Of a DNA stretch of 42,581 bases, positions 35,439 to 42,581 are shown piece after piece (positions within the stretch are counted from its first letter, which is position 1; each line of letters opens with the position of its first letter). A model generated the notes under the pieces. That model saw only the letters and a program-made list of their open reading frames with translations, was not told where the DNA came from and did no database searches. Source of the DNA: Verrucomicrobiota bacterium (GTDB taxonomy: Bacteria; Verrucomicrobiota; Verrucomicrobiia; Verrucomicrobiales; DEV007); contig JASFYY010000086.1 in the NCBI GenBank assembly GCA_045046875.1, positions 1-42,581 on the forward strand, read 5' to 3'. The translations under genes and the position numbers were made by a program.

Positions 35439-37960
35439 TGAGAACCCTATTTACCCCCCTGTTGATGAATCCGCGGTTGATTTGTATTTCCCTGGCTGCT
35501 TCAGCGGTGTTTAGTTCTGCTTTATATGCAGCTGAGTTGAACCAGCAACAGCGGGTGTTTTTTGAGAAAAAAATCCGTCCGGTGCTGGTGGATCATTGTT
35601 ACAAATGTCATTCGGAGAAAGCCGAGGAAGTGGAAGGTGGTTTGTTGTTGGATACACGTGAGGGGATTCGAAAAGGAGGGGATACCGGGCGGGCGGTGGT
35701 GCCGAACCGGATCAGCGAGAGTTTGTTGATGAATGCGATTCAGCATGGTGATTTTGAAATGCCGCCGGATAAAAAACGCTTGCCGGATGAAGTGATCGCC
35801 AATTTTGCCAAGTGGATCAAGATGGGCGCGCCCGATCCTCGGGAGAGCAGTGGCAAGGTCTCACGTCTGGCTGCCGATAAGGAAGCGGCGGGCAAACACT
35901 GGGCTTATCAGCCGCTGGCCATGAGCAAGATCCCGCTGGTAAAAAAGAAGGATTGGCCACGTGGTAACATTGATCATTTTGTTTTGGCGAAACTGGAAGA
36001 GACGGGGCTTGCTCCGGTGAGAGATGCGGATCGTTATACTTTGCTGCGTCGCGCCACTTACGATCTCACCGGGCTGCCGCCGACTTTTCAGGAAATTGAG
36101 AATTTTGTGAATGACAAGGATGTGGATGCTTTTGCCAACGTGGTGGATCGCTTGCTCAAGTCACAACGTTTCGGAGAGCGCTGGGGACGTCACTGGTTGG
36201 ATGTGGCGCGTTATGCGGATTCGAGTGGGGGCGGGCGTGATTTTACTTACACCAATGCGTGGCGTTATCGGGATTATGTCATCGATTCTTTTAACCAGGA
36301 CAAAGCTTACAACCAGTTCGTTCGTGAGCAGGTGGCGGGAGATTTATTGCCTTACAGCAATGATGATCAGCGAAGCGATCAATTAGTGGCCACGGGTTTT
36401 CTGGTGATCGGTCCAAAAAATCTAGGCGAGCGTGATAAGGAAGTCACACGATGGAATGTGATTGATGAGCAGATCGATACAGTGGGACGTGCTTTTCTGG
36501 GATTGACCTTGGGCTGTGCGCGTTGTCACAAACACAAGTTTGATCCGGTGTCACTGAATGATTATTACGCGTTGGCAGGAATTTTCTCCAGCACCCGAAC
36601 TTTGAAAAAACCGAAACCCAAGGATTCGATGTCGAAGTGGCAACCGGTTCCCTTGCCGGTGGGTGAAAAAGAGGCGCAGCGGCTGAAAGATGAATTTGCC
36701 CGGCTGAAAGCGGAGGCTGGCCAACACAAAAAAGAAGCCCTGGCGCATGTCGAAGAGTTGCAGCAACAGATGAAGGAGCTGCGGGAGCGGACGGAGCGCG
36801 ATGAGAAAGCGGAGGCTTTGTTGGTAAAAAAACTGGTCAAAGCAACGTTCGATGGGGACAGCGCTTCGGGGGAGGCGAGTGTGCTGGGTAACTACCTGAC
36901 CGCTTTGCCGATGGCTCTAGCGGTGAATGATATGGAACAAGCGGTCGATGAGAACATTCGCATACGAGGGCAGACGCATACCAAAGGGCAGCAGGTGCTG
37001 CGCGGTTTTTTGTCGGTCTTGATGAAGAGTGGAGCGGCGGGCATTCCCGAGGGGCAGAGCGGGCGTTTGCAGTTGGCTGATTGGCTGACGGATACTCAAT
37101 CACCGGCATCGGCTTTGAGTTCACGGGTGATGGTCAACCGGGTATGGAATTATTTGTTCGGTGCGGGCCTGGTGCGCACGGCGGATAACTTCGGCGCTCA
37201 GGGGGAGACTCCATCGCATCCGGAATTGCTCGATTATCTGTCACAGCAATTTATCGATGAAGCTTGGTCGGTGAAGAAGTTGGTGCGGCAGATCATGTTG
37301 TCACGTGTTTATCAACTGGCCGCCGAGCAGCGGGATCTGGCGGCAAAAATCGATCCGGATAATCGTTTGTTATGGCGCACTAACGGGCGGCGGATGGATG
37401 TGGAGGCGATCCGCGATTCGATTTTGACTATTAGCGGGTTGATTGATCATCAACAGGGGGGATCGACCCTGACGGTGGTGGGATCATTGGGGTCATCGCG
37501 GCGTGGATACCGCACGGTGGATATCAATCCCTACAATCGGCGTGGGGTGTATCTGCCGATTATTCGCAGTGGGCTGTCGTCATCGATGGACATGTATAAT
37601 GTGTTTGATTTCCCCGACTCGGGACTGGTGACTGGGCGTCGCAACTCGACCACAGTGCCGACCCAGGCGCTGTATTTGATGAACAGCAATTTCATGGTGA
37701 AAAACGCCCGAGCCACGGCGAAGGCTTTGTTGCAAGGTGATGAAGTCGCGAATGATTCGGGACGTGTTGAACGGGCTTTTCTGATGATGTTAGGCAGGGG
37801 AGTGACCGCGGATGAGAAAAAAAACTCGCTGGATTATATCTCCGACTTTGAAAAAGAAATGAGAGATCAGGGGCGATTGCCGCAGGTGGCAAGAGAGCAG
37901 GCTTGGACCAGTTTTTGTCAGAGTTTGTTCGCTAGTAATGAGTTTTTGTTTTTGAACTGA
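35438..37960 (+). CDS. Planctomycete cytochrome c + DUF1549 + DUF1553 domain protein
   Basis: FFEKKIRPVL..CYKCH, HWAY, IDHFV, LLRR..DLTGLPP, GERWGRHWLD, CARCH, RVMVNRVW, PSHPELLD, PTQAL. TAATG coupling at 35436-35440. Confidence 0.92.
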   Translation: MRTLFTPLLMNPRLICISLAASAVFSSALYAAELNQQQRVFFEKKIRPVLVDHCYKCHSEKAEEVEGGLLLDTREGIRKGGDTGRAVVPNRISESLLMNAIQHGDFEMPPDKKRLPDEVIANFAKWIKMGAPDPRESSGKVSRLAADKEAAGKHWAYQPLAMSKIPLVKKKDWPRGNIDHFVLAKLEETGLAPVRDADRYTLLRRATYDLTGLPPTFQEIENFVNDKDVDAFANVVDRLLKSQRFGERWGRHWLDVARYADSSGGGRDFTYTNAWRYRDYVIDSFNQDKAYNQFVREQVAGDLLPYSNDDQRSDQLVATGFLVIGPKNLGERDKEVTRWNVIDEQIDTVGRAFLGLTLGCARCHKHKFDPVSLNDYYALAGIFSSTRTLKKPKPKDSMSKWQPVPLPVGEKEAQRLKDEFARLKAEAGQHKKEALAHVEELQQQMKELRERTERDEKAEALLVKKLVKATFDGDSASGEASVLGNYLTALPMALAVNDMEQAVDENIRIRGQTHTKGQQVLRGFLSVLMKSGAAGIPEGQSGRLQLADWLTDTQSPASALSSRVMVNRVWNYLFGAGLVRTADNFGAQGETPSHPELLDYLSQQFIDEAWSVKKLVRQIMLSRVYQLAAEQRDLAAKIDPDNRLLWRTNGRRMDVEAIRDSILTISGLIDHQQGGSTLTVVGSLGSSRRGYRTVDINPYNRRGVYLPIIRSGLSSSMDMYNVFDFPDSGLVTGRRNSTTVPTQALYLMNSNFMVKNARATAKALLQGDEVANDSGRVERAFLMMLGRGVTADEKKNSLDYISDFEKEMRDQGRLPQVAREQAWTSFCQSLFASNEFLFLN

Positions 37961-37983
37961 AAATTTAATCAAAGGAGGTTTTT

Positions 37984-39453
37984 ATGAAAGAGTCGTTTTC
38001 ACGCAGAGAGTTTCTGAGTCGTAGTGCATGCGGTTTTGGTTCGCTGGCTTTGTCAGGTTTGTTGGCAGAGCAGGCCGTAGCCAATGCAGGAGCAGGGGGT
38101 AGAACCCTTAATCCGGCGCATCCGCTGGCGGCGCGGCTACCACATTTTCCAGCACGGGCGAAGCGGGTGATTTTTTTGTTCATGCGTGGTGGGCCGAGTC
38201 AGGTGGATACCTTTGATTACAAACCTGCATTGCAGCAGGCTGATGGCAAAACGAAACAACTGAAGGGCTTCGAGCTGCAGCAGGCGATTCGGGAGAAAGT
38301 GCCCAATGTGTTGATGGGCTCGCCTTTTCAATTCGCTCAACATGGAAAGTCGGGCATGTGGATCAGCGAGTTGTTTCCCCACCTGACCCGTCACGCTGAC
38401 GAGCTGTGCATGATCAAATCAATGCACACCGATGGTTTTGATCACGGCCAGGCGACGGTGCGTTTGCATACCGGAGCGGATACGGATGTGCGGCCGTCGA
38501 TGGGATCGTGGTTGGCGTATGGTTTGGGCACGGAGAATGAATCGCTGCCAGCTTTTGTGACGATATGCCCGAGCATGTTTGGCGGGGCGAGGAATTATGG
38601 CTCGGCTTTTTTACCGGCGATTTACCAGGGCACGCCAATCGGTGGTGCGGATGCGCTGGCAGCTGGAGCGGAAATCAGTAATCTCAAAAACAAACATATT
38701 TCGTCAAAGTTACAGCGTCAGCAGTTGGGTTTTATTCAAAAGCTCAATCGCGATCATCAACGGCGCGCCCCGGTGACTAACCAGTTGGAGGGTTTGATTC
38801 AGTCTTTTGAGCTGGCCTTTAAAATGCAGGCTGAAGCGCCGCTGGTGATGGATATCAAGAGTGAGTCACAGCGCACGCTGGATTTATATGGTATCGGTAA
38901 TGAGGCGACGGATGACTTTGGGCGTCAGTGTTTGTTAGCGCGCCGTTTTGCTGAATCAGGAGTGCGGTTTATCCAGGCATCCCATTGCATGCGCAAGCAG
39001 AAGCCGGGGATCTTGAACTGGGATCAACATGAGGACTTGGAGGAAAATCATCGTGAGAATGCGATGGGAGTGGACCAACCGGTGGCGGCTTTGCTGACTG
39101 ACTTGAAAGAGCGAGGTTTGCTCGATGAGACGCTGGTGGTGTGGGGAGGAGAGTTCGGTCGCACTCCGACGGTGCAACCGGTGAAGGGTAAAGTGGGCAC
39201 CGGACGTGATCATAATCCGCATGGTTTTACGGTGTGGATGGCGGGCGGAGGAGTGAAGCCGGGTTATGTGCATGGAGCGACGGATGAGTTGGGGATTCGG
39301 GCGGAGAAGGACAAGATGCACATTCATGATTTGCACGCGACGATTTTGCATCTGATGGGACTTGATCACGAAAAATTGACCTATCGTCATGGCGGAAGGG
39401 ATTTTCGATTGACCGATGTGGCGGGCAATGTGGCCTTTGATGTGATGGCTTGA
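37984..39453 (+). CDS. DUF1501 domain protein (Tat-exported, sulfatase-like fold)
   Basis: SRREFL Tat motif; AKRVIFLFMRGGPSQVDTFD, GEFGRTP, GRDHNP, DLHATILH. Confidence 0.92.
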   Translation: MKESFSRREFLSRSACGFGSLALSGLLAEQAVANAGAGGRTLNPAHPLAARLPHFPARAKRVIFLFMRGGPSQVDTFDYKPALQQADGKTKQLKGFELQQAIREKVPNVLMGSPFQFAQHGKSGMWISELFPHLTRHADELCMIKSMHTDGFDHGQATVRLHTGADTDVRPSMGSWLAYGLGTENESLPAFVTICPSMFGGARNYGSAFLPAIYQGTPIGGADALAAGAEISNLKNKHISSKLQRQQLGFIQKLNRDHQRRAPVTNQLEGLIQSFELAFKMQAEAPLVMDIKSESQRTLDLYGIGNEATDDFGRQCLLARRFAESGVRFIQASHCMRKQKPGILNWDQHEDLEENHRENAMGVDQPVAALLTDLKERGLLDETLVVWGGEFGRTPTVQPVKGKVGTGRDHNPHGFTVWMAGGGVKPGYVHGATDELGIRAEKDKMHIHDLHATILHLMGLDHEKLTYRHGGRDFRLTDVAGNVAFDVMA

Positions 39454-39460
39454 TAACAGA

Positions 39461-40144
39461 GTGGTTATGGTTTCGACGAGGTTGTTTTTTGGTTTTGCTT
39501 TTCTAGGTGTTTTGCTCTGGTCAGCTAGTGGCAGAGAGACTCGACTTTTGGGGTACTGGAATTTTGATGAAATTATTGGTGGGGTGGTGGAGGATAAATC
39601 AGGGCAAAACCATCACGGCCGTATTCATGGTGAAATTAGTTTGGAGAAAGGTATTCGAGGTTCGGGATTGCGATTCAGCAGTGATGAGGATTATGTTGAT
39701 TTTGGCGCGCCGGTGATTCCTCCAGGTGATTTTACAGTGAGTGTGTGGATCAAATGTGACGATGTGGAAAAGCAGTTTTTTCTAGGACAATATCGTTACA
39801 AAGATCCTAATCGTTTGGATCTGGTGATTCGCGAGGGGCGGGTGTTGATCCAGATTGCGGAAAAACTGAGCAGTGAAGTTTTGATCAAAAAAGATCGCTG
39901 GTATCATTTGGTGTATGCACGCAAAGGGAAGGTGATGAGCATTTTTGTTGATGGCGTATTGGTGAAAAAGGGAAAGCTGCCGATGGCTGTGATGCAGGAT
40001 GCCCCTTTGATCGCTGGTCGGATTGAGGTTCCCGGGCGTGATACTTTTCGTTTCACTGGAGTAATGGACGAATTGAGAATTTATGACGCGGCGCTCAACG
40101 TTGAGCAGGTGAAGGCTCTGTGTGCAGCAAGGCGGATTGATTAA
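39461..40144 (+). CDS. LamG/concanavalin A-like domain protein, secreted
   Basis: GYWNFDE, FTVSVWIK, WYHLV, IFVDG, FTGVMDELRIYD. Confidence 0.88.
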   Translation: MVMVSTRLFFGFAFLGVLLWSASGRETRLLGYWNFDEIIGGVVEDKSGQNHHGRIHGEISLEKGIRGSGLRFSSDEDYVDFGAPVIPPGDFTVSVWIKCDDVEKQFFLGQYRYKDPNRLDLVIREGRVLIQIAEKLSSEVLIKKDRWYHLVYARKGKVMSIFVDGVLVKKGKLPMAVMQDAPLIAGRIEVPGRDTFRFTGVMDELRIYDAALNVEQVKALCAARRID

Positions 40145-40202
40145 ATCTATTGATATTATCTCTTGAAATTATGGTATTTATGAATAGTATCGTAGTATAG
40201 AG

Positions 40203-41012
40203 ATGTATCGAGTTTTAATAGCGGATGCGGATCCTTTGCGAGCCTGTCATTTGGAGGTGGATTTGGAGGGTTTGCAGATGAAGGCGGTTTCCGTGGTGAG
40301 CGGGGAGATGGCTGTGGCTTTTTGTCGGGAGTATGATCTCGATTTGATTGTGCTCGACCTGCGCATGGGGGACGCGAGAGATGCTTTGCGTTTGCTCAGG
40401 GAGAATGAAACGACGGCGACGATACCGATCATGGGGATTTCCGTTGGGGGGGAGGATGTTGAGCCTGGGTGGGATGATTTGTGTGGGATGGTGGATGGGG
40501 CTTTGCCTCGTTTGGAATTGGCTCAGGAATTGCGCCAATGTTTGCAGAAGGGCAATCATTTGCCGCCTGAGGTGGAATTGACGGTGAGGGAGGATGCGTT
40601 GAATTTGGAAAGCTCGGCCAGTCTGGCAGATGGCAAGCCGGTAGAGATGTTACTGGTATTGAGTGAACGGATTTTGTCGCTGGCGGCAAAATTAAAAGGT
40701 TTTGCCAGTGAGTTTGGCCCGGATGGGCCGGAGATGTTTGAGTTTGTGGAAAAATCTTCGAATCAGATGTATCAACGTTTAACTGATATCGCCTTACATG
40801 ATGGGGAAGAGCAGGCTAGCCATCTGAGCGATCGTGAGGTCAGGCATGATTTTCGCAATATATTGGCTTCGGTGAGAGGTTTCACCGACTTGATTTTGAT
40901 GGAAGAGGGGATTCCTGAAGGGGCTTTGGAGGGCTTGCGGGAAATTTGTGATTGTTCGAATCAATTTGTCGAATGGTTGGATGCGGAGAAAGTGGCTGCG
41001 GTGGGGGTTTGA
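40203..41012 (+). CDS. Receiver domain fused to a HisKA/DHp-like domain, without ATPase domain
   Basis: N-terminal RVLIADAD...LIVLD...TIPIM receiver pattern; C-terminal RHDFRNILASVRGFTDLI H-box. The ORF ends shortly after the second DHp helix. Confidence 0.7.
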   Translation: MYRVLIADADPLRACHLEVDLEGLQMKAVSVVSGEMAVAFCREYDLDLIVLDLRMGDARDALRLLRENETTATIPIMGISVGGEDVEPGWDDLCGMVDGALPRLELAQELRQCLQKGNHLPPEVELTVREDALNLESSASLADGKPVEMLLVLSERILSLAAKLKGFASEFGPDGPEMFEFVEKSSNQMYQRLTDIALHDGEEQASHLSDREVRHDFRNILASVRGFTDLILMEEGIPEGALEGLREICDCSNQFVEWLDAEKVAAVGV

Positions 41013-41020
41013 GGGGGAGG

Positions 41021-41062
41021 ATTCTGAATTCAGGAGTCAGGAGTCAGGAGTCAGAATTTGAG
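41021..41062. repeat. Heptamer tandem repeat (ATTCTGA ATTCAGG AGTCAGG AGTCAGG AGTCAGA ATTTGAG)
   Basis: Directly visible just after the 41012 stop codon. Confidence 0.8.
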
Positions 41063-41116
41063 AGATTGGAAAGGGATTGTTGAAGTGGGGGCATTGGGTG
41101 CGAAAGTGAGGGCGAT

Positions 41117-42310
41117 ATGGAAATCGGTCATGGCATGCAACTGGGTTATTGTACGAATATTCATCGCGGGGAAACCTGGGTGGAGACTTTCGAGGCTTTA
41201 AAAAACTACACTTTGCGGGTGAAACAACAGGTGGCGCCTGATCAAGCATATGGCATTGGTCTGCGTTTGAGCGCGGAGGCTGCCAGCGATTTGCGTTGTG
41301 GCGAGGGGGAGTTGCAGCGTTTTCGATCCTGGTTGGATGAGAATGATTGTTATGTTTTTACGATCAATGGTTTTCCCTATGGGACCTTTCACGGGGAGCG
41401 GGTGAAGGAGCAGGTGTATCGTCCGGATTGGACGACCCAAGAGCGGTTGGATTACACCTGTTTGTTGTTCGATCTGCTGAGTGAGTTATTGCCGCAGGAA
41501 ATGAGCGGCAGTGTGAGTACTCTGCCGGGATCGTTTAAGGAGTTTATTGAGGATGATCGGCAACAGGGAGATCTGATGGTGGCCAATTTGTTAAAATGTC
41601 ATCAGCATATTCAGGCTCTGCGCGATAAAACGGGGCAGGATTTGCATCTGGGTTTGGAGCCTGAGCCGCTGGGCTATTTTGAGACCAGTAAGGAGACAGT
41701 GGATTTTTTCACCAGATTGGTGGAAGGGGCCAAGGCGGCGGGTTTGGATGAAGAGCAGATTTTGCGTAACATCGGGGTTAATTATGACACCTGTCATCTG
41801 GCGGTGGAGTATGAAAATGCGGACGAGGCTTTGGGGCGATTGAAAGCGGCAGGGATTCGGATCAGTAAGATTCACTTGAGCTCGGCTTTGTGTTTGCAGC
41901 CGACAGTGGAGGCGCGGGAGAGATTGAAGGCTTTTAAGGAGGATGTGTATTTGCATCAGGTGGTGATCCGGGAAGGGGATGAGATCACCAGAAGGTTTCG
42001 GGATTTGCCGGATGCGTTGGCTTTTGCCGATGAAGAGGGCAGTGCGATCGGTGATGAGTGGCGGGTGCATTTTCATGTGCCGGTGCATGCGCAACCTGAG
42101 AGTTGGTTTTCCGATACCCGTGATCACATTCTCGACACGGTGAAGGTATTGGCTCAGGATCCGGCTTTGTGTTCGCATTTTGAAATTGAGACTTACACCT
42201 GGGCGGTGATGCCGGAGGCGCTGCGAGCGGGGGATGTGGTGGATCAGATCGTGCGGGAGTATGAGTGGTGTTTGGGGCAGTTTATGGGGGCTTCACAGGT
42301 CATAAATTAA
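41117..42310 (+). CDS. eboE: Metabolite traffic protein EboE (TIM-barrel, xylose-isomerase-like)
   Basis: YCTNIH.GE, GIGLRLS, FTINGFPYG.FH, VKEQVY.PDW, LEPEP, YDTCH, YLHQV, WRVHFHVP, EIETYTW. Confidence 0.88.
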   Translation: MEIGHGMQLGYCTNIHRGETWVETFEALKNYTLRVKQQVAPDQAYGIGLRLSAEAASDLRCGEGELQRFRSWLDENDCYVFTINGFPYGTFHGERVKEQVYRPDWTTQERLDYTCLLFDLLSELLPQEMSGSVSTLPGSFKEFIEDDRQQGDLMVANLLKCHQHIQALRDKTGQDLHLGLEPEPLGYFETSKETVDFFTRLVEGAKAAGLDEEQILRNIGVNYDTCHLAVEYENADEALGRLKAAGIRISKIHLSSALCLQPTVEARERLKAFKEDVYLHQVVIREGDEITRRFRDLPDALAFADEEGSAIGDEWRVHFHVPVHAQPESWFSDTRDHILDTVKVLAQDPALCSHFEIETYTWAVMPEALRAGDVVDQIVREYEWCLGQFMGASQVIN

Positions 42311-42318
42311 AAGAGTTT

Positions 42319-42503
42319 AACCGCGGATAGCGCGGATGAACGCGGATAAGAAAGGAATGAAAATATTAAATCAAATAAGTAACGACTTTCATTTTATTCT
42401 GAGCTGAAAAATGCATAGTAAAAACCTCATTACAAAGCATCTCACCCGCGCCTATTTGCCTTCGAAGAATAGTCTCGTTGCACTCGGCTGCGCTATCTGC
42501 GGT
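42319..42503. repeat. 9/10-mer tandem repeat (AACCGCGGAT AGCGCGGAT GAACGCGGAT) with an inverted partner at 42488-42503
   Basis: The reverse complement of 42488-42503 (ACCGCAGATAGCGCAG) matches 42320-42335 with two mismatches. Confidence 0.7.
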
Positions 42504-42581
42504 CTAATCCAAAAAGAATTCGAAAGTAACTTGGAGAACACCTGAATAGTTACATTTTTTCATTATCAGTGTATATCAGTG

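Overview
A 42.6-kb gene-dense bacterial chromosomal window. A PVC-superphylum origin, most likely Verrucomicrobiota, is inferred from the DUF1553/DUF1501 pair, the sulfatase and the overall gene content. I found no rRNA, tRNA, CRISPR array or transposase gene. It holds about 33 CDSs, mostly carbohydrate and envelope functions. Highlights: (1) A four-gene polysaccharide synthesis/export locus at 21598-26990: HlyD-type membrane fusion protein, processive GT2 synthase without a C-terminal regulatory domain, GH26 hydrolase and TolC-like channel. It resembles rhizobial bgsBA but carries its own hydrolase and outer-membrane channel. (2) Two copies of a ~285-bp MITE (14678-14959, 32219-32504) with GGGTGTAAGA terminal inverted repeats, exact 9-bp target-site duplications and an internal REP/REPIN-like nested palindrome. 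One copy inserted into the last codons of glcF and now supplies its stop codon. (3) A membrane-spanning one-component regulator (CBM9-like sensor, TM helix, AraC HTH) upstream of a beta-propeller/DUF1553/DUF1501/LamG operon, with phased CGGA boxes in between. (4) A vapBC-type module with an operator palindrome and an apparently frameshifted toxin. (5) A 27-bp exact intergenic repeat preceding AT-rich DNA, plus dispersed 7-mer and 9/10-mer micro-repeat families. (6) An orphan eboE and a REC-DHp protein with no kinase ATPase domain. All product calls come from motif recognition by eye, not database searches.
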